Positions 1-13,464 of a stretch of DNA of 64,000 nt are shown here, piece after piece. This DNA comes from Microbotryum violaceum (Eukaryota). Under the pieces are notes generated by a model. It saw nothing but the letters and a program-made list of their open reading frames with translations. It did not search any database and was not told where the DNA came from. The stretch lies in the NCBI GenBank assembly GCA_001244265.2, contig CDLV01000012.1, positions 62,001 to 126,000 of the forward strand, read 5' to 3'. Within the stretch, counting starts at the first letter, position 1; every line of letters starts with the position of its first letter. The position numbers and the translations under genes were made by a program.

Positions 1-453
1 AGAGGTTGATGAGGGAAATGCAGGCGTTGGAGGAGGTGAGTTTACAAAATAGGCGCCGAGAGCTGACTGACACAACGGACCCTGATTTTTTTTTTCGGTT
101 GAGAATCGCAGTCGGCCGCAAACGAATTCGGCACGCTCAACGCTTCGATTGCGGCTCTGCAATCGGCCGTCGATGAGCTCTCTTCGACGATGGCGCAACC
201 TTTCGCGCAAGCCGAATACCGTCTCGAACAACGTACGCTCGAGCTCTCGCGTGTGACGAAGGAAGCTTCTTCGCGCTTGCAGGAGAACTCGACCAAGTTC
301 GAGCAAGCGCTTAGTCGCGCGTTGGGACACAAGGAACACACTGTGGCATGTATTTCAAAGGGTTTGGAGATGGTCGAGGAGGCTAAAAGGACGTGGATCG
401 CACCGCCGGTGATCAAGTTGGAGATGCGAGGCGCGAGTGCTTTGGAAGTGTAG
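1..453 (+). CDS. 3' end of an uncharacterised coiled-coil protein (gene starts upstream of window)
   Basis: GTGAGT donor at ~37 and CTGAC...GCAG acceptor at ~111 lead into an open helical exon (SAANEFGTLNASIAALQSAVDEL...GASALEV) ending TAG at 451-453. Confidence 0.6.
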
Positions 454-821
454 GAGGGATGAGCGAGGTAATTTTTGGTTCTTGTATATTTGATGTTCTC
501 TTTTCCTCGTGGCTTGATTTATTTTGTTGGTGTTGTTGAGTTTGTGAGCTGGTGGTGATAGTTGGAAAAAGATCGAGTACCTACTAGAACAAGTGCTGAA
601 TGGTTTTCCCAACTCGAGACAGTCGCGCGCCCCGCCGATTGGACGCGTCGAGCCCGAGATAGAGTTGGGCGCGGGCCAATCTCCCCTTGCCTGTGTGCCT
701 GTGCGCCTGTGCGCTCGTGCTGGCTGGCTGGCTCTCGCTCACTCCGAACCCCACCAGCTGAAATCTGCAGCACTGAGCTCGGCTCGACCTCGATCTCGAC
801 CTCGGCTCACCGCGTGCCCAG

Positions 822-3800
822 ATGAGCCATTCGACCGTCGAGACCGGTGCGACGAATGCCACGACCTCCACGAGTTCTGGAACGAGTGCGCCGGGCGTCG
901 ATACGCGCCTGTTCTCGGGCGTGCGCTTTCGGCTAAACTCGAGTCTCAGGAAGGAGGTTAGGAAACAAGTTGAGTATTGCGTTGTTCCTAGAGATCGGTC
1001 GTGGGTGTGCATGGACTGCGAGTAGTCTCTGTCACTGGGCTGGTGGGTGGCAAAGGTCAAAGGCGAACCCCACCCGTCGCCCCCCGTCAGTTCACAAGAG
1101 AGATATGGTACTCAACTCGGTTACGTATCTCTCTCTCACACACACACAGCTGAGCCAACTTCTCGTCTCGAACGGTGCGACTGAAGTACCTGCCGAGAAC
1201 GAGCTACAAGATCCGACTTTGGACTCGGACTCGCGCGAGCAAGCCGTCGATCATTCCCTTACTCACTGGATCACCGACACCTTGGACTTTGCTGAATACG
1301 CTCAATTGCGACCTCATGAAGACTCATCGAATGCGCTCGCTCTTCCTGCGCCACGCGCCGCTGCAGTCGTGAATAACGCTTCGGGCGGGACGGGCAAGAT
1401 GAAGAATCAAGTCGATGAGCAAGTCAAGATTGTCACGGTCAGTTGGGGGGGGGGTCACATTTTTTTGTATCTACGATCAAGGTCTGAATTGGACTTCCTG
1501 CTAATCGACCTGAATCCTGCAGCCTTATTGGGTGACGAGGTCGTACGACCTGCAACAGCTGCAGCAGTTAGTCCTCACCGAACGAGAAAGCTGATTCCGG
1601 CATAAAAAACTTGTCTGACCATTGCCCACTTTTTCGCCCATTGCAGACCGCGACACTATTCAGCCGATCTTTTGCTCATCTTTTCCGGACTTTGTGTATG
1701 CTGCGATGGGGTGCGTACTGTTCCATTTCTCATGGAGTCTCCTCCAATCTCGTGGGGATCTGGACTGACCCGATTCTTCCGCGCCCCCCTACAGTTGCCC
1801 GAGACGGACGCGCAATCGATCGCTGCGGGCGTGCAGTCACTCGGAGGACAGTCCAGACGCGAGTTGACCAGAGAGGTCACGCATTTGCTCTTGATGAGCC
1901 CAGAAGGGGTCAGTGATGGGCGAATCAGTTGCCCCATTCGATTCACTCTGGACTGACGCAACGCACCGATAGGTGAAATACGAAGCCTGGCTCAAGCATG
2001 GTGCTGCGGTCGGCATGGTCGCACTACTACCTCATTGGTGCGTTTTGTGGATGCCCAAACTGTTTTACGCGAAGGCCAGGGGGTTGACCTATGGACTTGG
2101 GGGACTTTCTGCACAGGTTCGAAGACTGTTTCAAACTTCGACAATTGATCCCTCACGACATTTACGCCTTCCCCGACCCACCTTACATCAACCTACGAAC
2201 GATCGATTCGGCCAAATCATACGACGAGCGACTATTCGACCTTGTTAAAACGAGTGCTTCAACGAACGGACGGTCGCAAACGATTTCCGTTGAACAGATG
2301 AGCGCGACGAAGAGGCTTGAACTCGCTTTCTCTCGATTATCCGATAACGAACCTTACCAACGGACAGCGTTGATTGAATTGGATCGATCTCACGTCGGAG
2401 GTACGATCGCTCTTTCCGAGCCTGGTGTTAGAGCAAGGATAGGCGCCGCCACTACAGTCGGTTCATCGTCCACCCTAGGCGGGACGACCAGTCGCTCGAC
2501 CGTCGCGACTTTGAATGGAAGTTGGCCCCCTGTAGCTGGGTTGGCGACTTCAACTGATGCGGGCTTATTCTCCGGTCATCGAGTTTACTTGGCTAGTGAT
2601 TTGGGACTTAGACCTGGTTTGGAAGAGGCGATTCAGAATCGCATCATTGAGGCTGGTGGAAGGTGTTGGTCGTTTGGTTTGGATGGGGGTAAATCCGGGA
2701 CGGGCAAGAACAGTCTTTTGACGTCGACCGAGGAACGAAAGGGTTCGATTCCTGAAGAAGGGACGAATGATGCGTCTGTGGCCATCTCGAAGCGCGATCG
2801 AACTGACGAGTGGGACCGACGAAGAGAGGCCGAGCGAGAGTTGCACAGTTCGACAATCGTCATCACGCGCACTCGACAAGGTTGGGAATGGTGGTTAGCT
2901 TATGAGGCGGGCTTATCAACCTTTTCATCCGTCGACTCAAGTCCGAAGAAGGTAGGGCAACGTCGACACAAGATCATTGGTAACCTAGCCTGGGTGTACC
3001 ACGTTCTCGCCGTAGGTAAACTTGATCCACCTTCATCTAGGATCCTTCATTTCCCTCTACCGAGTTTGGAAGGTGTACCCGAACTCAGAGGGCAATTGTG
3101 TACGATTTCGAATTATTCGGGATCGGCGAGGGATTATGTTCGTGCGATGATCGAGGCATTAGGGGCAACTTTTGATGGCGCGATGTGCAAACAAACCAAA
3201 TTCGTCATCACAGCTAGGTAAGTCTTTGTCATTCATTCTTCATTCTCGAGAACCAAACCAGCCTGACTTTCTCTCCCCGTCCCTGAATAATGCCTTTCCA
3301 GTGAATTCGGTAACAAAGTTAAACACGCTCGTCAATGGGGGATCCCACTCGTCACTCACACTTGGCTCGAAGCTTGTCTCGCCAAATGGGCCTTCATAAA
3401 CCCCGCTTTGTCCACTACTTACCTCGTCGAAGGTACTTCCCCGGCGATCGCGTTTCCTCAGATGGTCGGGGAAGCGAGGTTGTCCAAGGCAAATATTGAA
3501 GATTGGGTGCAGAGGGATGAGGTCAAGGTTTTGAGGGAAGAGGCTTTGAGCTCGGGGTTAAGCATGAGGGAGGAGGAGGAGGGGATGGGGATGGAAGGTG
3601 ATGAGGAGGGATGGGGTGGGAAGGGTGAGCGAGGTAATGTAGTGATGGAAGATGGGCAAACCAAGTCACCGTCGTCACCAAAGTCGAGGAAGAGGATCGA
3701 CACCAAGTCTATTGTCACGAAGAGCAAAACGACGAAGGGGAAACAAGTTGTTGTCACCAATAATGAGGACTCGAGCGAAGAAGAGACGACGACCAAAGTC

Positions 3801-5724
3801 GCGCCGAAGAAGAAAATGAACAAGACTGCCGTCCAAGCACCGGCGATAAAGCGGAAACGATCGAGCAGTGGTCTGACGTCGTTGTCGCCCGAACCGGAGC
3901 CTAAAGTCGTCGTCGTCGAAGAGGAGGAACAAGCTCCAGCATCGGTTACAAAAGCTACCACCTCGGGCAAGAAGGGTGATGCCGCTGCCAAATCCAAAAA
4001 TGCCGATCCTGCTACTCCAGCTGCTAAGGTTCAAGCTGGACGTGGACGGTCCGACAAGTCGTCAACCCGGAAAGGCAAGAAAAAGGCCGATTCGGACGAA
4101 GACGACGATGGGTCCTCTTCCTCGTCCTCCGATTCGGGTCCCGAACCTTCCTTCACCAAAACCTTTGGTCAAATCGATCCGGCCAACATGATCGTCGGGG
4201 GATCGCGTCGAGCGGCGGCTGGCAAAGCGGCGCAATTGCTCGCGCAACAGATGCCGGATGCGATCCGGTTCGCGAAGGAGCAAAAGTCGGCCGATAAGAA
4301 GAAGAAAGTTGTGACAACGCCTGGGCCGGCGGGAACGGCGACGAAGCGTGGGTCTATGGGTCCTTTGGGGTCGGCCAAGAGGGAGGATGGAGAGAGTCAG
4401 GATGAGGATGAGGTGATGAAAAGAAGGGACGACGATGAAAAGGATGAAGCGCCTGCGCCAAAGCCGAAAGCGAAGCCGGCGAAGAAGAGGAAACCAAACG
4501 AAGTCAGTGAGCCCAAGGACGACGAGGATGAGGAACACGTTCCGAATGGTGGACAGGCGAAGAAGAGGGCCAAGACAGTGGCGGCGACGGCGACGGCGAC
4601 GGCGACGGCACCGAAAGGTGGACGTTTGGCAGCGACGATGGCGACGGATGCGACGACGAGTGGGCAGATTTCGTCCTTTGATGCCCCTCCGCGGGGGAAA
4701 CCGGCGTGAGTTTGCCTGACTGATGGACCCTCTGCTGTATGCGTTGAGCTGATGAAGTCGAGGTCACATTTACAGATTGAAGAATGGCGGGCGCAAGTTG
4801 ATGCTCATGTCGACCGGGCTTGGATTGGACGCCAAGTCACCCGAGATCAAGGTCGGTCTCGAGGTGAGGGTGGGGCTCAGAACGATTGGAATTGACGGCT
4901 TTGTTCGTTCGTTCTGCGCAGTCGCTCAAGCCGTTAGGCATCACCTGGACGGACAACCCTTCGCTAGTCACGCATCTCGTCGTTCGTGCGATGCAGCGAA
5001 CCGAAAAGTTTCTTTGCTGTGAGGATTCGAGTTTTTCCCAATCACTATATTGCGTCTATTTCACTCATCGAATAGGCGTCCCTTGTGCAGGCCTCGGCGT
5101 GGCTCCAAAGATCGTGACCAAGGAATGGATTGATGCCTCGCTCAAAGCCAACGAGCTGGTCGGTATGTAGCCCATGCATCGCCTCCTGAACTTTCTCGTG
5201 GCTGATAGCACATCCTGCCTCCATTTCTGCGATTAGACGAGGAACCGTACCTTCTCAAAGACACTGTCCGCGAACGTGAATATAAGGATACGCTCGTCGA
5301 GATCCTTAAACGGGCGCGCACGAAGCAACTGTTTGAGGATTACACGGTCTACATCACCCCGGGGACACAGCCGGAACCCAAGACGATGCAGCGAATTTGC
5401 CAGTCGGGCGGAGCAACAGTAGGTCATCGAAGCTTGCTCCACTGCCTCTCATGAGCCCCATGCTCATGCCCAGTGCCATATTCCGCGTTACAGGTCTCGC
5501 TCGCGCGCTTGACTCCGCCCATCATCAACAAGATCGTCGAGAACCGCGAGCGCACCATTGTCGTATCCTGCCCCGGGGATCGAAGAGAATGGGAAGCTTT
5601 GGCCCGGAAGAAGCTCCCTATCTTCTCTGTCGAGGCCGTTTTCAACTCTGTGATGCATCAGACGTTAGTGGGGTTCGATACGGCGAGTAATAATCGGATC
5701 GATGGGTTGCAACTGGATCGCTGA
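822..5724 (+). CDS. Multi-BRCT-domain DNA-damage scaffold protein (Rtt107/Brc1-like), multi-exon
   Basis: Several BRCT-like segments joined by GT-AG introns (LFSGVRF..., IFSGLCVC...GGQSRRELTREVTHLL, LFSGHRVYL, ISNYSGSARDYVRAMIEALGATFDGAM, VTHLVV...RTEKFLC). A long K/E/S-rich linker (3408-4700) precedes the C-terminal BRCT pair. Confidence 0.85.
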
Positions 5725-6343
5725 GGCCCCACAGTGAGGCAGTTAATACCGGGGGCCTTATGACCAATCATTGTAGTGTATTCCCGTCCCCGCGGGCGAA
5801 CTAATCTAGACTCGGTTCCGTACTACTGTATGAGTTTGTTTGATCTAGAGACGTGGTTGTGCTCATCGTCTTTGGATGGAACTGGGCCAAGCCCCGAATT
5901 GGATCATCGAGTGACCGACAATCACTGCGCACTACTAAGTCGCGCTGGCAGTGCGCATTCGCAGATGAAAGATTACAGAGACGTTCCGCACTACGAGTGA
6001 ATTTACTAACTCAACTCAAGACGGCAGTCATGTCATCTCGGAGTCTTCGATTGCCATGAGCCAATCGTGCGCGTGATGGACGGAATGAGGCTTTGTCATC
6101 CGGAGGCCGGCAGGGCGGGGCCGTCGGCTTTCGGAGATGTGGAGGGGTGCTGCTCGCTAACTGACCACCGAGGCGAAGCTAGGCGGAGGGCGTCGTACGT
6201 CCTCTGCACTGCCCACGCCTTATGTTGTTCTCGTTCCGTCTTGTTGGGGTCGCGCGTATCAACGGAGCACGCCTGCTCGTACAGCTCCTCCGGCAACAGC
6301 CTCTTCGCCGGCGTCCAACTCGCTGTCCTCTGCTCGTCGAAGT

Positions 6344-7570
6344 CGGGAGCTTTTTCAGTGCAGCATTGGATGGTAATCCGGTCTGAGCGAACTGGTAATG
6401 TTCCGTGGGAAGGAACGACTGATGGACCATCGAATCGCGGGCACCGTCCGCTGCAGACACTTACTGCGCAGACGCTTGCGGCTGGTTCCGCGATGCGCGG
6501 CCTCCCTCATCGCTTGGGGAAACTTGTGCGGCCCGCGAAGTTTGGCGATCGTGAGCGGAAGGTGCAGTAATTGGCAAACCTGCGGCCTGAAAGACAACAC
6601 CCGTGCCGTCAGTATTGCTTCCTCCTTGTTCGACCATGCTTGCGATGCTTGCGAGATTGTTGCTTGCTGGCGGAGCTAATAGAAAGGATCAAAAGCACAC
6701 GGGCACTTGAGCTTTCGATTGTCGTCCTCGTCTCGCTCGTTGGTCATGACCCTACGACTACCAGTTCCCCCGTAAGGTTCATGTGCGTGTGGCATTCTCT
6801 TGAGAGAGTCCCAAGATTGGATGAGCAGGGTCTGGCTCGACTGTGTCCATGTCTTTCTCATGAGCGTGAGTAGACGGGGCGGATGGCCCTGGACCGCCGC
6901 GCTCCGAAGCCATAGACCTTTGAGCTCCTCGAATCGCAGAAGCTCACCAGCCTCACTCCGCTTACACCTTGGGCACAACTCTCGTCAAGTGCATTTTCTC
7001 GGCCGTGAATTTCGGTGTTCCTCGGCTTAGTAGTCTTCAAGTCGAACGCTCTCGTGGAGGCGCGGGCATGGTATTCTACCTTTTCGGTGGCGTATGTGCA
7101 GTGGCCGGTACATGTTCCTTGGGGACGGGGAAACTCACCTGGGTGAGTCCGGGAGAATTTCGGCGGCCCCAAGGAACATGTATTGGCCACATAGGCCACC
7201 GAACAGGTAGAATACCATACCGGCGCCGCCGCGAGAGCGTTCGACCTTCAGGACTACTGCGCCGAGGATTGCGAAAGTCACGGCCAAGAAAAAAGTTGTG
7301 CTTGTGTTGAGGTGCAAGCGGAGTGAGGCTGGTGGCTTCTGCGATTCGAGGAGCCCAAAGGTCTATGGCTTCGGAGCGTGGCGGTCCCAAGGCCAACCAA
7401 ACGTCCCGTCGACTCACGATCATGACGAAAGACATAGACGCAGTCCAGCCAGACCCTGATCATCCAAGTGGCCGTGTGCTTTTGATCCTTTCTAAGAGTT
7501 CCTTTGCACGGCACCTTACCAGTTCGCTCAGACGGGACTACCATTTAATGTTGCACTGAAAAAGCTCCCT
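6344..7570. repeat. Large imperfect inverted repeat (foldback) of a degenerate gene-like sequence
   Basis: 6817-7124 is the diverged reverse complement of 7167-7467. 6680-6709 pairs with ~7465-7494 and 6344-6415 with ~7497-7570. The centre is the hairpin ACTCACC-TG-GGTGAGT at 7133-7149. Confidence 0.9.
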
Positions 7571-7664
7571 GATAACCTCCCCCGATCGATCCCAGACCAC
7601 TCGAGATGACAAAAATATGTTTCTTCGAGCCCTTGCGTAAAAGAGGGAGGAGGGCGAGGGTCGG
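7568..7664 (-). pseudogene. Inverted duplicate of one SDR exon fragment
   Basis: Minus strand reads STLALLPLLRKGSKKHIFVISSGLGSIGGGYQ. It is the reverse complement of ~8609-8709. Confidence 0.8.
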
Positions 7665-7668
7665 CCGC

Positions 7669-7878
7669 GACACATGTCCGCACATGTGCGGACACTTGAT
7701 TATAGGTCAATACATGACGATATCGTATCTTTTCGATGTCGTAGGACAAATATATAAGTATTTCTAGGTTGAACCTGCAAGAAGAACATGATACGATATG
7801 TGTTGCAAGACTTATGATAATTCCAAATTCTCATGTGCGGACCGCAGATTTCATGTGCGGACCGCAGCCTCATGTGTA
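7669..7878. mobile_element. MITE-like AT-rich insert with repeated CATGTGCGGAC motifs
   Basis: 20-bp perfect palindrome TGTCCGCACATGTGCGGACA at 7675-7694 and tandem TCATGTGCGGACCGCAG at 7831 and 7851. Ends are ACACATG...CATGTGT. No TSD recognised. Confidence 0.35.
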
Positions 7879-8569
7879 CCTCTGGCTATATATATAAGCA
7901 CGCTAAAAAGTGGCGCGCGCCGCGCGCCTCCGACCCTCGCTTCCGCGCGGCGTAGCCATACATGTTGCCCGCCTGTAACTCGGGTTGCTGGATGGCGCGA
8001 GGACTAGCGCAACACGGAGGCTGGTGTGGCCTTCAACACGTTCATCTCAGGTACGTGCGAGCTCGTATCGGGGTAATCCAATCTTATAAATGCTGCCATT
8101 GTGTATAAAGCATATTCGGAAAACTCATCGTCAATTTCTTCTTTAGATTAGTAGCGAGAAGAAGCTCGATTAGAACATCATTACATCATTACCTCATTAG
8201 CGGTGGGGATAAAGTAGCATTGATGGACGTGGTTAAGTCACGTGCCGTCTCACCACGCTGGTAGACCCGCCGAGCCGGTGAGCGCGCTCAGCGCCGCGCT
8301 AGCGTGCGCGTTGTCCCTGAAGCTGAAGGCCTGAAGGCTTTTACGTCATCCATTTACGTCATAGACGAACTTGGGCAATTGGATTTTCTCGCCGTCCAGC
8401 ACGCGCGCGGACTCTGAAGACAGCGAGCCGGGTCAACATTAGGCACGGTGTATTGAAGAGTAGGAAGGCTGCACTGCTTGTACTCACGTAACAGTTCTTT
8501 GAGGGTGATGGTGTACCATTGGCGTTTGGTCTCAACGTTCTTGTCGGCCAAGGGTGACGCAGCTCGGTG

Positions 8570-9321
8570 GAAGAAACTTTAAAACCAACGTCATTGGCGT
8601 CATGCAATCGACCCTCGCCCTCCTCCTCCCTCTTTGACGCTAAGGGCTCGAAGAAACAAAACTTTGTCATTTCGAGTGGTCTGGGATCGATCGGGGGAGG
8701 TTATCAGGTGTCGTCAGCTGCGACGTGTGAGGTTTTGCTAAATTTGCTTCGTCGGCTGCGTTTTCGGCGAAGAGTGGCCCATGTCAGGATTGCGATCGCT
8801 GATCGATTCGAGTCTTCGTTTTCTACGTACTCGGTGTCGAAGACGACGGTCAACATGTGGACGGTCAAACTCGCACGCGAACTTGAACCGGTCAGTAGCC
8901 ACATCGGCATTTTTCTTCGCCCGCAGCGTTACTCCCCATAATTATTCGCGACTGTACAGGACGGTTTTACGGTCGTCCTTCAAGGTTCTGGACACGTTCA
9001 AACCGACGGTGAGCACAGGATGGATGATCGTCGTCTTGCCTATGATCTGCCCGCTGACTCGCGAGCTGCGGCGCTGCTGACCCATCAGTGGGAGCTCGAG
9101 GCAAAGACGCTTCCTAAACTGACGCCGTACGATTCGATCAATGGGGTGTAAGTTTGTTTTTATGGAGGGCCTTATCTGCCGGAAGAGTCAATACTGATCT
9201 CAAAGATATTATTTCCTTCCCCGACAATCTCAACAACACGATCTACAAAGTCGGCCCTTCGGATACTCGGGCAACTTAGTTCGAATTCTTCAACCAATCG
9301 AGCGGACAAAATTCTTGGTGA
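8570..9321 (+). pseudogene. 5'-truncated short-chain dehydrogenase (CsgA/C-factor-like SDR) pseudogene
   Basis: Reads NFKTNVIGVMQSTLAL..KGSKKQNFVISSGLGSIG, catalytic YSVSK(TTVNMWTVKLARELEP), DGFTVVLQGSGHVQTD, LTPYDSINGV and C-terminal FFNQSSGQNSW*. Introns are retained, with frameshifts and an internal TAG. No N-terminal GxxxGxG was found. Confidence 0.8.
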
Positions 9322-9582
9322 AGGGAAGGAATTATTTACTGTGCTAGTTAAGGATAGTATGTTATTGCGATGTAATTATGAACCATGGAATACAATCGCG
9401 GATTCAATGGCCCTCCAAGAGCGCGAACTGATGCCTGACCAAGACCAGGTCCGAGCGCACGTGACGTCTTGGCCCCCTGTGTTATGCTCCGCGTGACGAG
9501 AGCGTCACCGGCCGCAACGCTCTGCTCCTTTAGTTCCGCCTGTCTCGCACCATATATACCCAGCCCCCCTCCGTTGTCTACG

Positions 9583-12500
9583 ATGGCTTCCCCATCATTG
9601 CAAGCGGCTCTCTCGGAACTGATCCACCACACTCTCCCGCACCTCAACCCCGACCAAGCTCAGCACCAACAACGAAGTTCGCAGGCGCAACTCGATGCAC
9701 AAACTCGAGCGACGGGAGGGTCGACAGCACGTTCAACTTATAAGGATTGGTCTACGCTGGCGGATGAGGCTCAACTGGGTAAGCTTTTCGTGCTAGTTGG
9801 ATGATGGTTTCAGGCGTGAATGTCGGAGTGGAGTCGACGCGTCGCGGCGTGTTCAGAGCGCGTTGAATGATGCGTCGTAAGAAGCCATGAAACTACGGTC
9901 TTGATGTACTCTTACTGAACGTATCGATATCTGCTTTACTCATTTCTTACAGCCCTCAAGAGATCGGGAAGAGCGTCGCAGGAACGGTTACAGTTCGCTC
10001 AGCTGTCCGCGAGGCTTCACAGTCGCGTCAGTCCCGGTCGGTTCGACACCGTCATGGCCAGCATCTATACGGTATTGATACGGAAGCTATAACTTTTCAC
10101 AGGCCGTACCACGTAACAAGCTCGATACACTGTCATTGCTCCTCTCACTCGCGGGATCGTCCTCAATCCCCCCGACCGCATCGAGCTCGGCCGCAGCTGC
10201 AACTTCGAGCTCATCTTCTACGGGGACAACAAGTCGACAAGCACCTCTATTTGGATACCCCACACCACTCGATCGTCCTGCTTCGCGCCCTTCCTCCAGA
10301 GCTGCGAACCACGACTCGAACTCTCGGCCCCGCGCCACCGTTGGCGTTGGTCTGTCCTCTTCCAACCCCAACTTGGCCGCAGCCGGTTTACCGCGTGCAC
10401 CTAAACTGTCTATGGCCGCCGTTCTAGCTTCCCATCGAGCCCAACTTGCTGCTTCACGACCCACAGCTACGACGACACCTCGACTGGCGCCCGTTCCCGA
10501 ATCCCTCCTCCTCAGGGACATACTCTACATCATCCAAGGCATTGACGGTCGCTTCATCCGCTTCAAGACCCCGATCCCCTCTCCAGGTGAAGCAGGTCCC
10601 CGAAGGACGTTCAAACGAGGCGAGATTGTCGTCGAAGAGAATTCACCCGCCGATCCCGAAGCGCTCATTCTAGAACAAGGGATCGAGTTCGTCCTAGAAG
10701 GGAGTGTTTATAGCCTAAGTGCACCGATGAGGGTCTTGTTGCATACGCTGTCCGAGTTGGGTTGGTTGTATCGCAAGATTGATGGAGTCTTGCAGAGGAG
10801 TGGATCGACGACGATTTCGTCTGCGGAGGGAGCAGCAGTTGTTGAATTGGGGATGATCGAACAGAGTCTTCATGCGGCACTCAAGGCGGAGATAACGGAG
10901 TACTATCGCCTCGTTGCCATTTTGGAGAGCCAGCTGACGATTGAGGATGAATCGACGAGGACGGACGGCGGCGCGGGTATGAGCATCGAGGATATGGAGG
11001 GCAAGTTGACGTTGAGGAGGTTGATGGTTTGGACGGAGGAGGTCAAGTTGAGGATGAGGATGATGGGGACATTGGTCGAAGAGGCTGGGGGTGAGTGATA
11101 TGTGTTCTGAACCTGACTTTGTGATAGGATGAACTGATGCCCAGATTGGGCGCTGAATGACCGCAGGCGAAAACGTTGGAGGTGCATTGCTCACCTCTCT
11201 GCACGCACGAACCTCGAACGGCGACCCCTTCATTCGCGACTTTTCCTCCCGTCTCCTCCGTACCCTCTCCGTCCCCTTCTTTGCCACGCTCTCCGCCTGG
11301 ATATACGAAGGCGAGCTGCGCGACCCTTTTGGTGAATTCTTCGTCCAACTCAACCCTGCACTAAGTGGAGTGGACGAACGAACGGGCTTGTTGAGAGGGA
11401 GGTCTACGTTCGGTTTGAATTTGGATCAAGACGACGAAGGTGTAAAGGCGCATCAATTGTGGGAGGGCAAGTTTAGGTTCAAGAGGGTCATGTTGCCCGG
11501 TTTTTTGGAGGAATCATTTGGTCGCAAGGTCAGTTGAAGCGAGGTGTTCCCTTCTGCACAAGGATGTTTCTGGCTACTGATTTGCTGTGGTGACGTCCAC
11601 ATCCGCAGATCTTCTCGACGGGCCGGTCGCTCAACTTTATGAAGTACAGCTGCGGAGATGGACAATGGGTCGCCTCAAGGCACCAGACCGATGGGCAACG
11701 GAGAGGTAAGCCTCCCCTCAGCTTCCAAGATATACAGCCATCACTGATTGCATGACACATTACTTGTCAGCCCTCGAATACGCGGACATCATTGGCCTCG
11801 AGCAATCTATCACTGCTGCATATTCGCACACCTCCAAGCGATTGTTTGACATCTTTTTCGACAAGTTTCGCCTGATGGACCACCTTAAGGCGCTCAAGGA
11901 TTACCTGATGTTGGGCAAGGGTGATTTCGTTGAGATTTTGATGGAAAACTTAGGGTGAGTGGTTGACGGCACAATGAACCGTGTTTGTGGAACCAGATGC
12001 TGACCGTCCTCGATTGATTTAGGCCCTCTCTCGATCGACCAGCGAACCTGCTGTACCGCCATAACCTAACCGCGACGCTCGAGACAGCCCTCCGAGGCTC
12101 TTCCTCCGGCCCCTCCTCCGGCCCCTCCTCCTTGACCTCTTCTACGGCGAACCGGTCCTCCTCCGACATCCTCCGGCGCCTCGACGCGCGCATGCTAGAG
12201 TTTACCCAAGGTGAAATCGGGTGGGATGTCTTTACGCTCGAATACAAAGTTGATGCTCCGCTCGATACGATTCTCGATCCCGAATCGATGCAAGGGTACC
12301 TGAAAATGTTTAAACATTTGTGGCATATCAAGAGGGTAGAGTATGCTTTAAATGGGGTACAGAGGAGGTTAATGACGGGCGCGAGAACGTTTTTAAAAGT
12401 GCCCGGTGAGCTCTCCCAGGGTGGAGATCTTGGAAGAAGGTTTCATAAACTTATAGGAACCGCTTTACCCTACCAGAACTTTCGTACGACTTTCACCTCA

Positions 12501-13169
12501 CGCGTATAGCATTACAACGTATGACGTTCTTCATTCGTCAATTGCAGTACTACTGTCATCTCGAAGTGATCGCTTGTTCATGGCAAGTTTTGGAGGAGTT
12601 CGCTTTGAAGAAAGAGGGGGATTTGGATTCTTTGATCGAGGCGCATCGGGTTTATTTGAGGAGGTTGGTGACCAAGGCGTTGTTGATTCAGCCGAAAAGT
12701 TCTCATAGAACTGAGGTGGGTGCGGTAATAGGGGGGGGGGGGTGATGTGATTTCCAAAGCTGATGTTTATCTTTTGGTTTGTGGAATAGGAGGAACGTTA
12801 CGTCGTTTTGGAAGGGGTGAGGAACCTGTTTCAAATGATGCTGCAGTACCAGAACGTAGCCGTAAGTTGGCTCCACTCCCCCCGCCGTACCTCTTTCTCC
12901 CCCCTAACCCTTATTGCGCTCTTTGATCCAATCAGGACGCGCTCTGCAACTACGCCCTCTCCGAAGCCTCCCGACAAGAACCTTCGAACGCGACGCTCGC
13001 AGCCCGCAGCGCCGACACGCTCGACGGAATCCGTCACCGTCTCCAAGACTACGCAACCCAATTCGATACCGGGGCTAAAGAAGTGGTGAGATTGTTGGGC
13101 AAGGCGAAGGATTTGGATATGAGGTTCTTGGCGGTCAGGTTGAATTTTAATTACAAGTTCACGTCCTGA
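9583..13169 (+). CDS. SPC98: Gamma-tubulin complex component 3 (Spc98/GCP3)
   Basis: Motifs LLRDILYIIQGIDG, LSELGWLY, GGALLTSLH..NGDPF, WIYEGELRDPFGEFF, HLKALKDYLMLGKGDF, GWDVFTLEYKVDAPL and terminal LAVRLNFN. Confidence 0.93.
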
Positions 13170-13464
13170 GGTGGGGTGGGGGGTTGAACTATAAACGGTT
13201 TATTGGATGGATCTGTCTTTTTGGGGTTTCCTATTCCTGTGTTCTTGTTGTGAAAATTCCAACCCAATTTGTTTAGCAGGATGCGTGGTGCTCGACTAGC
13301 GCAGATTCGTCTCGGGCGCAACTTCGCAAGCTCGCCTTTGGACTTGGACCGATCACGTTCGCCGCACATCTCTCACGCTCACCCACACGCACACGCCTCG
13401 CCTCCCCTCTCACCCCTCCACGCAACAACCCCCACCCACCACTCACGAGCAGCTCACATCAATC

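Noticed and set aside
8354-8710. Minus-strand ORFs (MTKFCFFEPL..., MADKNVETK...) as transposase fragments
   Set aside because: The opposite strand carries recognisable SDR motifs over the overlapping part, and no transposase motif was seen.
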